Assembly (NCBI GenBank): GCA_021801795.1
Contig: JAJYXR010000030.1
Coordinates: 54,175 to 118,174, forward strand
Direction of reading: 5' to 3'
Source of the DNA: Actinomycetes bacterium
GTDB taxonomy: Bacteria > Actinomycetota > Acidimicrobiia > Acidimicrobiales > JAJYXR01
DNA: 64,000 nucleotides
The notes below the pieces were generated by a model. That model was not told where the DNA came from, ran no database searches, and was given only the letters and a program-made list of their open reading frames with translations. How positions within the stretch are numbered: the stretch's first letter is position 1; every line of letters starts with the position of its first letter. A program made the position numbers and the translations under genes. This document shows positions 9,377-19,639 of this stretch, in pieces.

Positions 9377-10834
9377 ACGCCTGATGGTGGCACCGAGCGA
9401 GCGCAGGGCTCCTCCGAGGTCTTCGTAGCCGCGATCGACGTGGTCTACGCCCGACACCACGGTCTCGTCCTCCGCAGCCATCCCGGCCAGCACGAGGGCG
9501 GCTCCTGCGCGCAGGTCCGGAGCGCGTACCTGGGCGCCGGAGAGGCGAGGCACCCCCCGCACCACCGCGTGATGCCCCTCGGTGGATATGTCGGCGCCCA
9601 TCCGGCGCAACTCGTCGACGTAGCGGAAGCGGCCGGAGAAGAGATTCTCCGACACGATCCCCACGCCGTCGGCCACCGAGAGCATGGTTACCAGGAAGGG
9701 CTTGTAGTCGGTGGCAACTCCAGGGTAGGGAAGGGTGGCGATGTCCACGCTCCTCGGCCTGCCATCGGAGCGCACCCTCAACCCTTCGCTCGACTGGGTC
9801 ACGAAGACGCCCATGTCACCTAGCTTGCGCAGGAGCATCTCCATATGGTCTGCCCGGGCACCCTCTACGACGACATCACCGCCTACCAGGCCCACCGCTG
9901 CCATGAAGGTCGCAGCCACCACCCGGTCGGGTATGACCCGGTGGGAGGACGGGTGTAGCTCCTCCACGCCCTCCACCTCTATACGGGAGGTACCCGCCCC
10001 CCTCACCTTGGCCCCCATGGAGCTCAGGTACCTGGCCAGGTCCACCACTTCGGGCTCGCGCGCGGCATTCTCGATGATGGTGGTACCCTCGGCCAGCACA
10101 GCTGCCATGAGCACGTTGTCAGTGGCCGTGTGGCTCGGGTATTCGAACACGATCCTGGTGCCCCTGAGCCGGCCCCCACTGGACACAGCTCTCACGGTGC
10201 CATCCACGGTAAGGGGTTGGGCAGCATCGGCTCCGGAGGATGAGCCCACGACACCGACCACGTAACCGTGGGCCACGTCGAAGCGAGTGCCCATGGCCTC
10301 GAAGGCACTCAGATGAATGTCGATGGGGCGGTTACCGAAGTCGTCGCCGCCGGGCAGCGAGACCTTCGCCCTGCCACAGCGCGCCAGCAGGGGGCCGAGT
10401 ACCACCACCGAAGCCCGCATCCGCTCCACCAGCTCGTAAGGTGCCACGGGGTTCAGCACGCCGGGCACCTCCACCACGAGGTCCCCCGGATCCGCTTGCT
10501 CGCGCCCGGGCATCCGGTAGACCGAGCATCCGATGGCCATGAGCAGATCGGCCATGATCTCCACGTCGGTGATGCGGGGAACTCCTGAGAGCGTGTGGGT
10601 GCCCTCTGCCAGCAGGCAGGACGCCATCAGCTTCAGTGCGGAGTTCTTCGCCCCCCCGGCCTGCACCGATCCTGCGAGCTGACCCGAACCACTCACCAGG
10701 AGCCTCGGGGGCCTGGCCTCCGGCCATCCGATGGGGACCACTCCCGAAGCGAACCTGGGGACGGCCTCATCACCTCCAGGCATCTCTCCCTGGGAGATGC
10801 CTTCCACCACGTTGTCCCTTATGAAGTCCACCAT
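9371..10834 (-). CDS. murA: UDP-N-acetylglucosamine 1-carboxyvinyltransferase
   Basis: GAKNSALKL, MRASVVVLGPLLAR, PGGDDFGNRPID, NAAREPEV, PDLRAGAAL, DRGYE. Start ATG 10834 is an estimate. Confidence 0.93.
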   Translation of the reverse strand: MVDFIRDNVVEGISQGEMPGGDEAVPRFASGVVPIGWPEARPPRLLVSGSGQLAGSVQAGGAKNSALKLMASCLLAEGTHTLSGVPRITDVEIMADLLMAIGCSVYRMPGREQADPGDLVVEVPGVLNPVAPYELVERMRASVVVLGPLLARCGRAKVSLPGGDDFGNRPIDIHLSAFEAMGTRFDVAHGYVVGVVGSSSGADAAQPLTVDGTVRAVSSGGRLRGTRIVFEYPSHTATDNVLMAAVLAEGTTIIENAAREPEVVDLARYLSSMGAKVRGAGTSRIEVEGVEELHPSSHRVIPDRVVAATFMAAVGLVGGDVVVEGARADHMEMLLRKLGDMGVFVTQSSEGLRVRSDGRPRSVDIATLPYPGVATDYKPFLVTMLSVADGVGIVSENLFSGRFRYVDELRRMGADISTEGHHAVVRGVPRLSGAQVRAPDLRAGAALVLAGMAAEDETVVSGVDHVDRGYEDLGGALRSLGATIRRA

Positions 10835-10967
10835 GCCAGTATGCTCCCCTCGATGCGCGCGCCGGGGGGAATGGCTCCAGACTGCCTCTTCCCTGCACCA
10901 CACGGGCGATGCTGCCCTGCTGGGAAAAGGCGGTAGAGCCCTGACCAGGGTAAGCGTCGAGGCAGAG

Positions 10968-12605
10968 GTGACCGAGGAGGTCGCCGCCGCGACCCTGGAG
11001 CCGCGCGACGACCTGCTGACCGAGAAGGAGGTCGCACCAGGGGTCTTCGAGCTCGTGTCCCTGGGGGGGATACTCCAGGGTCCCATGCATCGCTACAGGC
11101 GCGAGGTGCAGGTGGAGCACCTGGAGGGCTCTATGGCGAGGGTGCGCCAGGAGGTGGAGTTCACCCTGGCGATCCCCTGGTTCGGGTTCCTGTTCGTGCC
11201 GGTCTTTCGCGTGTGGCTGGGCCGCCTCGCCCACGCGGGCGCGCGGCGTCCCTGGTACCTGGCGCCGGTCCGCCTCGACCAGCGCGCGTCGGTGACGCTT
11301 ACGGCACTGTGCCTGGTGGACGTCGTGAACGGCTACGTGACGGGGATCCTCGCCCAGACCCTCACCTTCGCAGCCCACCAGTACCACTCCAGCCCCGGTG
11401 CCCAGGGCATCGCGCTGGGCGCCGTACGAGCGGACGCTGTGGTGATGGTGGTGCTGATGGCACTGGCAGACCGCCGCGGGCGGCGCCAGGTGCTGCTGTG
11501 GTCGACCGCGCTGGGATGCGTGGCAACCGCTGCCGGAGCCCTCGCTCCGAGCATGACCTGGCTGGCCGCCACCCAGGTGGTGTCGAGGGGTTTCGCCCAG
11601 ACCTCGGTGTTCCTGGCCATAGTCGTCGCTGCCGAGGAGGTGCCCCCGGAGGCAAGGGCATTCTCGGTGAGCCTCCTAACCGCCACCATCGCGCTCGGAA
11701 CCGGGATATGCACCCTGGCGCTCGGCGTGGCCGGCTTCGGCCCGGGGGGCTGGAGGTACCTCTACATAGCGTCATTGCTGGGCCTCCTGGCCATGGTCCC
11801 CATAGCCCGTAACCTCTCCGAGAGCCGGCGGTTCTCGGCCCCCCACACGGAGGCCACCATGCAGGGCCACGGCGGGAGGCTCTGGCTGCTCGCGTTCGCA
11901 GCATTCGGGCTGCAGATCTTCGTCGGCCCGACCGGCCAGTTCAAGAACAGCTTCCTCAGCCACGACCGTGGCTTCAGCCCCGAACGGATATCTCTCTTCA
12001 CCGTCGCGACCGGGGTGCCCGGAGCGCTCGGGCTGATCGGGGGCGGGCGTCTCGCCGACCAGTGGGGACGCAGAAAGGTGGGTGCGATAGCCCTGGTGGT
12101 ATCGGCTGGTGCGTCTGTGGGCACCTTCCTCTCCAGCGGCTGGCCGATGTGGATCTGGGCGGTGGTGTCGCTGACGGTAGGGGCTGCTGCCGTGCCGACG
12201 CTCGGCGTCTACGGCCCGGAGCTCTTCCCCACCTCCCTCAGGGGCCGCGCCAATGGCATCCTCTCGGTGGCCGGCAGGCTCGGTACTGTCGTCGGCGTGG
12301 TAGCCGTGGGGTTCCTGGCCGACCGCATGGGTGGCTTCGGCGGCCCCCTCGCGCTCAGCGCGATAGCTCCGCTGGTGGTCGCAGTGCTCGTAATAGCCAA
12401 GTTCCCCGAAACCGCTCATCGGTCGCTCGAGTCGCTGAACCCCGAGGACGTGGCGCTCCCCGACGGTTACGAAGATGGACCCGGCTCCAGAGGCTCATCA
12501 GGTGGCGGGACGGGTGCAACGGGTGGATCGTCGGACAGTGAGGCGGGTGCAAGGGATGGATCGGTAGGCGATGGCACGCTCCCGGGGGACACTCCGAGCA
12601 GCTGA
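10968..12605 (+). CDS. MFS transporter with extra N-terminal soluble domain
   Basis: ADRRGRR and ADQWGRR loop motifs, AEEVP, PELFPTSLRGRA, about 12 TM helices. Start uncertain (about 10940-10970). Confidence 0.8.
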   Translation: MTEEVAAATLEPRDDLLTEKEVAPGVFELVSLGGILQGPMHRYRREVQVEHLEGSMARVRQEVEFTLAIPWFGFLFVPVFRVWLGRLAHAGARRPWYLAPVRLDQRASVTLTALCLVDVVNGYVTGILAQTLTFAAHQYHSSPGAQGIALGAVRADAVVMVVLMALADRRGRRQVLLWSTALGCVATAAGALAPSMTWLAATQVVSRGFAQTSVFLAIVVAAEEVPPEARAFSVSLLTATIALGTGICTLALGVAGFGPGGWRYLYIASLLGLLAMVPIARNLSESRRFSAPHTEATMQGHGGRLWLLAFAAFGLQIFVGPTGQFKNSFLSHDRGFSPERISLFTVATGVPGALGLIGGGRLADQWGRRKVGAIALVVSAGASVGTFLSSGWPMWIWAVVSLTVGAAAVPTLGVYGPELFPTSLRGRANGILSVAGRLGTVVGVVAVGFLADRMGGFGGPLALSAIAPLVVAVLVIAKFPETAHRSLESLNPEDVALPDGYEDGPGSRGSSGGGTGATGGSSDSEAGARDGSVGDGTLPGDTPSS

Positions 12606-12627
12606 ATGGGCTCGGCGCCTGCAGCGC

Positions 12628-14406
12628 TCAAAGAGCGGGCGCTTCCTCCCAGCGACCGAAGACGTCGGCCATCGCGTCCACCATCTCCCCGAGAGTCGCG
12701 TAGGCCCGTACTGCATCGACGACCGGGGGCATCATGTTCGCAGCTGGATCGGCAGCCTGACGCCTCAGCTCCTTTAGAGCACGGTCGACAGCCCCGGCGT
12801 CACGGGCCATCCGCACCGAGGTCAGGCGCTTGCACTGCACCTGCTCTACCTCGCTACCTATGGCCAGAGTATCGGGAGGAGGCTCCTCGTTCCCCTCCGT
12901 GAAGGCATTCAGACCCACCATCAGGCGACGGCCCGAGGAGACCTTTCGCTGGAACTGGTAGGCCGCATCCGCGATCTCGCCCTGGAACCAGCCAGACTCG
13001 ATCCCGGCCAGCACGCCCTCGAGCATCGACCCGCTCCCCATCTCGTCGATCCTGGCGAATATGGACTCGGCCAGTGCCTCCATGCCGTCGGTTAGCGACT
13101 CCACGAACCAGGAGCCGCCCAGAGGATCGGCCACATGGGCCACGCCGGTCTCGTAGGCGAGAACCTGCTGGGTCCTGAGCGCTATGCGCGCTGCTCGCTC
13201 GGTAGGAAGGGCCAGAACCTCGTCCATGGAGTTCGTGTGCAGGCTCTGCGTCCCGCCCAGCACGCCCGCGAGTGCCTCTATCGCCGTACGGACGATGTTC
13301 ACCTCGGGCTGCTGGGCCGTCAGCGACACCCCTGCGGTCTGGGTGTGGAAACGGAGCTGAGCCGACCGCGGGTCCGTGGCGCCATACCTGCCCGTCATCC
13401 AGCGCCACCAGATCCGCCGTGCTGCACGGAGCTTCGCTATCTCCTCGAAGAAGTCGATGTGCGCGTTGAAGAAGAAGCTGAGCCTGGGAGCGAACTCGTC
13501 CACAGCCAGGCCCGAGGCCACCGCCGACTCGACGTAGGCGAAGCCATTCGCCAGGGTGAAGGCCAACTCCTGAGCTGCGGTGGAGCCCGCCTCGCGTATG
13601 TGGTAGCCCGAAACCGACACCGGATGGAAGCGCGGCATCTCAGCCTCGCAGAACCTGATCACGTCGGTGACCAGGCGAACCGAGGGCCTGGGCGGGTAGA
13701 TGTACTCCTTCTGGGCCTGGTACTCCTTCAGGATGTCGTTCTGCAGCGTGCCCGACAGACGTGATCGCTCCACACCTGCAGCCTCGGCGGCTGCCAGGTA
13801 CATGGCCAGGAGGATCGGTGCCGGCGAGTTGATCGTCATCGAGGTGGTTACCGAACCGAGATCTATCCCGGCAAAGAGGTCCTCCACGTCCGCCAGGGTG
13901 TCCACCGCCACCCCGCAGCGCCCCACCTCTCCAGCGGATTCGGGGTCGTCGGAGTCGCGCCCCATGAGGGTGGGCAGGTCGAAAGCCACGGAGAGACCGT
14001 CACCGCCGGCTGCCAGCAGGTCCTTGAACCTGCCATTCGTGTCGTGAGCCGTCCCGAAGCCGGCGAAGAGACGCATGGTCCATAGCTTCGAGCGGTACAT
14101 CGAGGCATACGGCCCCCGCACGTATGGCGGCGTCCCAGGCCATCCGAGCAAGGATTCTGCCCGATGCCGGCAACTGACCCGGTGACCACCGTCGAGGGAC
14201 CCCAAGTCGCCCGAGGCGTCTTCGGGGTCGAGCTCGGTGGTCTCCGGCCAGGACATCGGGCCGTATACCGGATCCAGCGGCACTCCGGACATGGTCTCGA
14301 AGTCCACGTCCCTGGTCCTAGACCTGGCGTACTCGCGCTGCCAGCGCTCGAAGCCGCTCAGGTATTGCGAGGACGGATCGGGCGAGCCAGGGATTCCCAC
14401 AGGCAA
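12628..14406 (-). CDS. Adenosylcobalamin-dependent acyl-CoA mutase large (substrate-binding) subunit, isobutyryl-CoA-mutase-like
   Basis: [60 protein letters not shown]. No B12-binding DxHxxG domain. Confidence 0.9.
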   Translation of the reverse strand: MPVGIPGSPDPSSQYLSGFERWQREYARSRTRDVDFETMSGVPLDPVYGPMSWPETTELDPEDASGDLGSLDGGHRVSCRHRAESLLGWPGTPPYVRGPYASMYRSKLWTMRLFAGFGTAHDTNGRFKDLLAAGGDGLSVAFDLPTLMGRDSDDPESAGEVGRCGVAVDTLADVEDLFAGIDLGSVTTSMTINSPAPILLAMYLAAAEAAGVERSRLSGTLQNDILKEYQAQKEYIYPPRPSVRLVTDVIRFCEAEMPRFHPVSVSGYHIREAGSTAAQELAFTLANGFAYVESAVASGLAVDEFAPRLSFFFNAHIDFFEEIAKLRAARRIWWRWMTGRYGATDPRSAQLRFHTQTAGVSLTAQQPEVNIVRTAIEALAGVLGGTQSLHTNSMDEVLALPTERAARIALRTQQVLAYETGVAHVADPLGGSWFVESLTDGMEALAESIFARIDEMGSGSMLEGVLAGIESGWFQGEIADAAYQFQRKVSSGRRLMVGLNAFTEGNEEPPPDTLAIGSEVEQVQCKRLTSVRMARDAGAVDRALKELRRQAADPAANMMPPVVDAVRAYATLGEMVDAMADVFGRWEEAPAL

Positions 14407-14442
14407 AGCCTACGCGCGCCTTGCCCGGCTATGGTCGTTCCC

Positions 14443-15447
14443 ATGCCCGAAACGAAGAACACCAAGCAGGCCCCAGACCGGAACCTGGCCATGGAGCTGG
14501 TACGCGTCACCGAGGCTGCAGCCATGTCTGCCGGACGGTGGATGGGTCGCGGGGACAAGGAGGGTGCAGACCAGGCTGCAGTGAACGCGATGCGCGTGGT
14601 GCTCCAGACCGTCTCCATGGACGGCGTCGTCGTGATCGGGGAGGGCGAGAAGGACCACGCCCCCATGCTCTACAACGGCGAGCGCATAGGCAACGGCGAA
14701 CCACCCGAGACCGACATAGCCGTCGACCCGATAGACGGCACCACCTTGACAGCTCTTGGCCGGGGAGGGGCACTCGCAGTGATCGCCGTGTCCGACAGGG
14801 GCACCATGTTCGACCCGGGTCCCTGTGTGTACATGGAGAAGATCGCTGTCGGTCCGAAGGCCGCTCCCTTCGTGGACATCACAAGACCGGCCTCCGAGAA
14901 CATCGAGGCAGTGGCAAAGGCTCTCGGCAAGTCCGTCCGCGATGTGACGGTGGTCATCCTGGATCGTGAACGCCATGCCGGGCTGATAGGCGAGGTGAGG
15001 GAAAGCGGTGCCCGCATACGGCTAATTACCGACGGCGACGTCGCCGGCGCCATATCCACTGCCTGGCCAGACTCCGGGGTAGACATCCTGATAGGCACCG
15101 GCGGCACTCCCGAGGGCGTCATCGCCGCCGCCGCGCTCAAGTCCATGGGCGGGGAGATCCAGGGCCGCCTCTGGCCCCGTGACGAGCCCGAGCGCCAGGC
15201 TGCCATCGATGCTGGTTACGACCTCGACGCGGTCCTCTCCACCGACGACCTGGTAGGTGGTGATAACTGCTTCTTCGCCGCGACCGGCATCACCGATGGC
15301 GAGCTGCTCCAAGGGGTCCGCTACCACGACTTCGGTGCTACCACCCAGTCCCTGGTGATGAGGTCCCGCTCTGGCACCGTCCGGCTGGTCTCGGCCAGGC
15401 ATCCACTCGGAAAGCTCCGCGAGTTCAGCCAGATCGCGTTCGACTGA
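14443..15447 (+). CDS. glpX: Class II fructose-1,6-bisphosphatase
   Basis: [50 protein letters not shown]. Confidence 0.95.
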   Translation: MPETKNTKQAPDRNLAMELVRVTEAAAMSAGRWMGRGDKEGADQAAVNAMRVVLQTVSMDGVVVIGEGEKDHAPMLYNGERIGNGEPPETDIAVDPIDGTTLTALGRGGALAVIAVSDRGTMFDPGPCVYMEKIAVGPKAAPFVDITRPASENIEAVAKALGKSVRDVTVVILDRERHAGLIGEVRESGARIRLITDGDVAGAISTAWPDSGVDILIGTGGTPEGVIAAAALKSMGGEIQGRLWPRDEPERQAAIDAGYDLDAVLSTDDLVGGDNCFFAATGITDGELLQGVRYHDFGATTQSLVMRSRSGTVRLVSARHPLGKLREFSQIAFD

Positions 15448-15516
15448 ACAGGCCGCTCCTATCGATTCATACCGTCCCAGGGACGCCGCTGTACGCCGCT
15501 CTACGCCGCTCTACGC

Positions 15517-15563
15517 GCAGATCCCCCGCACCTACCGGAGATCCGGCAAGGCGGGGGATCTGC
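15517..15563. terminator. GC-rich hairpin between convergent genes (probable bidirectional terminator)
   Basis: GCAGATCCCCCGC...GCGGGGGATCTGC 13-bp perfect inverted arms, with inner CCGG/CCGG pairing. Confidence 0.65.
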
Positions 15564-15640
15564 TTCAGTAGGGAAGCTTGGCGACCAAGAGGTGGGGGTC
15601 TCGACGCGGCTTCCCTGGCGGCAGCTAGCTGGCTGGCCAG

Positions 15641-16993
15641 TTAGCCTGCCGTGACCTGCGAAGCGGATCCCGCTGCACCGCTCGCCCCCGCAGGAACACT
15701 GCTAGAGCCTGAGCCCCATGTGGTCCACCCTGAACCGGAAGTGGATCCGGAGCTCGAGGTTGACCCGGAGGCGGCACCGTTGGTAGTCGTCGAACCGCTG
15801 CCCGAAACAGAGCCCGATCCAGAACCCGAACCGCTGCCCGAAACAGAGCCCGATCCAGAACCTGACGCCGACCCAGAGGTGCCTGCAGCGGCGGACGGGA
15901 GGGTGGGAACAGTAACCGACCCCGAGCCCCCGCTTGCTGACGAGCCAGAGCCCGCAGTACCGCTCGCACCTACCCCTGCCTTTCCACCGGCGTTGGTGGA
16001 GGCACCGACCGAGGCCGGGGGACCCGGGTTAGCCGGCGCATTCCCATGTCCGCTCGACTGCGAGCCAGGTGCGGAAGGAGCGTTCGCCGTACCAGTGGTG
16101 TGGGTCGACGACGGAGCACCCGGCGTAGCCGGACGGTGCGAGCTGGACTCGGCACTCCCCTTGGCCTTGGCGGCAGTGCTCACGGCCTTTCCTGGCGGGG
16201 CAACCGACCGACAGTAGGCGGAGATGCTCTCGCCCTTGGCCTTGGCCGCTGCTGCAAGGTTCGAGAATGCCACCGAGCCCGACGATCCCGACGAAACGGA
16301 ACCGCTGGTGCTCGTGCTGCCCGAAGTGCTCGTCCCCGAGGTGCCGCTGGTGCTCGTGCTGCCCGAAGTGCTCGTCCCCGAGGTGCCGCTGGTGCTCGTG
16401 CTGCCCGAAGTGCTCGTCCCCGAGGTGCCGCTGGTGCTCGAGGTCGCATGAGCTGCCTGGGCCTCGTAGGCTGTGCAGAGACCGAACATCGCCTTTCCAG
16501 CGGCATCTGGTCCCTTGGCGCCGGTGCTGGTCGAGCCGGAGCCGCCTGTGCTGGCAGTGTGGTCGGGGTTCGGCACCGAGATGCCGACGTGCGAGAGTGC
16601 CCCCGATACCGACGCCTGCACGGAGCTCGGCAGCGCACCGGTGGCTGCTGCAGCTACACCTGCGCTGAGCGCCAGCGCGGGGATCGCGATCCCTGCTGCT
16701 TTCAGGGTTAGTAGTTTTCCCAACATCGGCTTCCTCCTTGGAAGGGCCCTCTCGGGCATCCCGATGCCGCCGCCTCCCCTTATCGCCGCGCCCATCGCGG
16801 CGATCGTGCTCTCGTGAGCTGCCAGTTCAGCAGGCGTAGCCGGTGCCTTCGCCGCCCTTATGGCTGCTGCCACCCGGGAGTATCCGGGAGGCGCATCCTC
16901 TGGGTGGACGAGCCCCGAAAGCAGCCTGTCTGCAGTGGCGTCGTCGAGAGGGATACGTGGCATCTCACCGGATAGATCGCCCCGGGGGCTCAT
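15641..16993 (-). CDS. Membrane-anchored ECF partner (putative anti-sigma) with Ser/Gly/Thr-rich extracellular tail
   Basis: Cytoplasmic N-domain, single TM segment, GLCTAY...AYC cysteine pair, long S/G/T repeats. Sits just downstream of an ECF sigma. Alternative start ATG 16963. Confidence 0.6.
   Translation of the reverse strand: MSPRGDLSGEMPRIPLDDATADRLLSGLVHPEDAPPGYSRVAAAIRAAKAPATPAELAAHESTIAAMGAAIRGGGGIGMPERALPRRKPMLGKLLTLKAAGIAIPALALSAGVAAAATGALPSSVQASVSGALSHVGISVPNPDHTASTGGSGSTSTGAKGPDAAGKAMFGLCTAYEAQAAHATSSTSGTSGTSTSGSTSTSGTSGTSTSGSTSTSGTSGTSTSGSTSTSGSVSSGSSGSVAFSNLAAAAKAKGESISAYCRSVAPPGKAVSTAAKAKGSAESSSHRPATPGAPSSTHTTGTANAPSAPGSQSSGHGNAPANPGPPASVGASTNAGGKAGVGASGTAGSGSSASGGSGSVTVPTLPSAAAGTSGSASGSGSGSVSGSGSGSGSGSVSGSGSTTTNGAASGSTSSSGSTSGSGWTTWGSGSSSVPAGASGAAGSASQVTAG
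16302..16440. repeat. 42-bp coding tandem repeat x3 (encodes TSGTSTSGSTSTSG)
   Basis: Read directly. A second 36-bp duplication lies at about 15792-15861. Confidence 0.9.
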
Positions 16994-17023
16994 CGCGTTA
17001 CACCTCCTCCTCTGTGGGCGCCC

Positions 17024-17569
17024 TCATGTCTCGAACACCTGTCGCACATCCTCGGGGGTAAGGGTGGCCGCCAGGCGCTTGAGGGCCCTGTGCTGAGCGA
17101 CACGTACTGCTCCAGGCCTCTTGCCGAGCAGCTCGGCCACCTCGTCCACACCCAGGCCACCGAGGACCCTCAGCGCGATGATCTCAGCCTGGTCGCGTGG
17201 CAAGCCAGCCGTCAGCCTGGCTACGGCTACGTCGGGAGCTACGAGACCGGCCCGGGTGTCGGCTGGGTCGATGCCACCCTGACGGGCGACGAAGTGCTCG
17301 ATCGGCATCGGGTAGGTCCGCCTCCGAGCCCCACGGCGCCTGTGGTCGGCCACGCGCCTGTGGGCAATGCTGAACAGCCAGCCCCTCAGGGCACCCTCGT
17401 CACCGCTGAAGGATCCGAGGCGTCTGGCCACAGCCAGCCAGAGCTCCCCAGCCAGGTCGTCCGCCTCGTTCGGCTCCTGCCACCGGAGGTAGCGAAGGAG
17501 CATCGGATGGTAGGCGTGGTAGATGACGGCCACTGCCCAGTCCTGGCCCGCCTGGGCCGCCGCCAGCAC
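17024..17569 (-). CDS. ECF RNA polymerase sigma factor
   Basis: Region 2 ADDLAGELW...WLFSIAHRRVADHRR; region 4 LPRDQAEIIALRVLGGLGVDEVAELLGKRPGAVRVAQHRAL. Confidence 0.9.
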   Translation of the reverse strand: MLAAAQAGQDWAVAVIYHAYHPMLLRYLRWQEPNEADDLAGELWLAVARRLGSFSGDEGALRGWLFSIAHRRVADHRRRGARRRTYPMPIEHFVARQGGIDPADTRAGLVAPDVAVARLTAGLPRDQAEIIALRVLGGLGVDEVAELLGKRPGAVRVAQHRALKRLAATLTPEDVRQVFET

Positions 17570-17709
17570 CTGGTCGAAGTCCTCTATTGCCGTAGAAGAA
17601 ACGTTACCGCCGGCTGCGAAGCCATGCCGCGTACGGAGCCACCGAGGGGCCTGGAGCGCCAGCGGCCGAGGTGCCAGGTCGACCTGGTGGCGCCGGGATG
17701 CGGCAGGAA

Positions 17710-18681
17710 TCAGGCGAGGTTATCCCCGCCGAAGATCTCGGACACCGAGGCATCCTCGAACACCGCGTCTATCGCGTGGGCTATCACGCCTGCTACCGAG
17801 AGGATCTCCATCTTTCCTATCCGCCGGTCGGCAGGTATGGGGAGAGTGTTCGTAACCACCACGCGCGACAGGGCGGACTTGTCCAGCCTCTCCAGGGCAG
17901 GATCCGACAGCACCCCGTGGGTGGCCATCGCCCATACCTCCGCCGCTCCCCTGTCGGTGAGCAGCTCGGCAGCCGCGCAGATGGTGCCCGCTGTGTCGAT
18001 CATGTCGTCGATGAGCACGCAGCGTCGAGACTCGACCTCTCCGACCACGTGGAGCGCCTCGACCTCGTTGGCACTTCCGCGCGGGCGCCGCTTGTGCACC
18101 ACGGCCAGGTCTGCGTTCAGGTGCTGGCTGAAACGTTCCGCTACCTTCACCCGGCCCGCGTCTGGAGCCACCACCACCAGCCCGTCGGTCCCTTGCCGCC
18201 GCAGCTCCTCCACCAGCACCGGCATGGCCGTGAGGTGGTCGAAGGGGACGTCGAAGAACCCCTGGATCTGTCCGGAGTGCAGGTCGACGCTCACCACCCG
18301 GTCTGCGCCTGCCACCTGGAGCATGTCTGCCACCAGCTTCGCCGTGATCGGCTCCCGACCTGTCGCCTTTCGGTCCTGGCGGGAGTAGCCGTAGTAAGGG
18401 CATACCGCTGTGATCCGCTTCGCGGATGCGCGCTTGGCGGCGTCGATCATGATCAGCTGTTCCATGAGCGCGTCGTTCACCGAGCCTGCGTGGGTCTGGA
18501 TGATGAACACGTCGCTGCCCCGGATGGAGCTGTCATAACGACAGTGGATCTCCCCGTTCGCGAACTCCCGGAGGTTCGCCTGGCCGAGCGACACACCTAG
18601 ATGCTCGGCTATCTCCGTCGCCAGCGCCGGATGGGACCGTCCGGACACGAGCTCGAGGCGGCGGCGAGGGACTAGCTCCAC
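17710..18681 (-). CDS. prs: Ribose-phosphate pyrophosphokinase
   Basis: FANGEI, PYYGYSRQDRK, DLHSGQIQGFF, APDAG, DDMIDTAGTI. Confidence 0.96.
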   Translation of the reverse strand: MELVPRRRLELVSGRSHPALATEIAEHLGVSLGQANLREFANGEIHCRYDSSIRGSDVFIIQTHAGSVNDALMEQLIMIDAAKRASAKRITAVCPYYGYSRQDRKATGREPITAKLVADMLQVAGADRVVSVDLHSGQIQGFFDVPFDHLTAMPVLVEELRRQGTDGLVVVAPDAGRVKVAERFSQHLNADLAVVHKRRPRGSANEVEALHVVGEVESRRCVLIDDMIDTAGTICAAAELLTDRGAAEVWAMATHGVLSDPALERLDKSALSRVVVTNTLPIPADRRIGKMEILSVAGVIAHAIDAVFEDASVSEIFGGDNLA

Positions 18682-18844
18682 GCCATGACGCTAGCAAAGC
18701 CAGACCTCCGACCGGTCATGGGACTTGTCTGGGTACACCGGCAGCGGCGGGGAGCCGTCAGAAGCATTTCGTTGCCCGTTTGGCCCTGCAGGCAAGTCCT
18801 GAGCCGAACAATTGTAACGTAACTGTAACCGTTTTTTTAGCGCC

Positions 18845-18878
18845 TCTGACCAGGTAGTTTGCAAACTCCCAGGTCAGA
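18845..18878. promoter_or_regulatory. 34-bp imperfect palindrome TCTGACCAGGTAGTTTG|CAAACTCCCAGGTCAGA
   Basis: 17-bp arms with 2 mismatches, in an AT-richer intergenic stretch. Confidence 0.45.
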
Positions 18879-18949
18879 AGGTCGAAATTTTCGGCCGCAG
18901 ATGGATAGTAGGTGACTGCCTCGAATGCAGGCAGGGGAAGGGGAGCCCC

Positions 18950-19621
18950 ATGAGCACACGCCATTACCACCCCAGGCCAGCCAGCAGCGCCGCAAGGCGC
19001 CACCCCAGGCCAGCCAGCAGCGCCGGAAGGCTAAGGGCCACACTCGATCCGACTGGCTCTGACGCCGTGAAGGACCGCCGTTTTCTCTACCTCGTCGCTC
19101 ATCGGGTTCCCGAGCGCGAAGCGTCGGAGTGGGCCGAGCACTTCGGAGCGAAGGATGCGCTCGAGATGCGGTCCCTGGGCATGACCCCGTCCGACGCAGT
19201 GCGCTACCGGGGTGATACGGAGGCCTGGGCGGACGCCGTCGTACGTGAGTCGGAGTCCAGTGGAAAGGCAACATCCGGACCCGTCGAGGACGCTGCACCC
19301 ATCCGGTCGTTCGATCGGGCCAGGGGCACGGCCCTGCACAGGGAGCTCCTCGAGTACTGCGACCGCATGAGGAAACTGTTCGCTGCGCTCGGGGCAAGTG
19401 AGGAAACCTGCAACGCCTGGATCAGCACGCTTGCCTTCACGCCGCGGGAGGCAGTGCTCTGGTACGCGTACTACCATTTCACGCTGGAGTATTCCCTACG
19501 CTGCCGGCACCTAGGGTTGGAGCCGCGTCTGGCCTTCTATGCCTTCACGAACCTGCAGGCCTACCTGGACGATGACGGCACGCTCAAGCCCACATACCCA
19601 GCCAGGCATCCCTGGAACTGA
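18950..19621 (+). CDS. Hypothetical protein with internal helical repeats
   Basis: Open frame with GGGAG RBS-like sequence; repeated 'W...(G/A)(M/F)TP.(D/E)A' pattern; fills the gap between prs and glmU. Confidence 0.6.
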   Translation: MSTRHYHPRPASSAARRHPRPASSAGRLRATLDPTGSDAVKDRRFLYLVAHRVPEREASEWAEHFGAKDALEMRSLGMTPSDAVRYRGDTEAWADAVVRESESSGKATSGPVEDAAPIRSFDRARGTALHRELLEYCDRMRKLFAALGASEETCNAWISTLAFTPREAVLWYAYYHFTLEYSLRCRHLGLEPRLAFYAFTNLQAYLDDDGTLKPTYPARHPWN

Positions 19622-19639
19622 TGGCAGGTTCCCACCAGC

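Noticed and set aside
16302-16440. 42-bp repeats as a CRISPR array or mobile-element end
   Set aside because: Head-to-tail coding repeat of a low-complexity linker.
17090-18600. Long plus-strand ORFs (432 and 309 aa)
   Set aside because: Antisense to the sigma factor and prs; typical high-GC shadow frames with no motifs.
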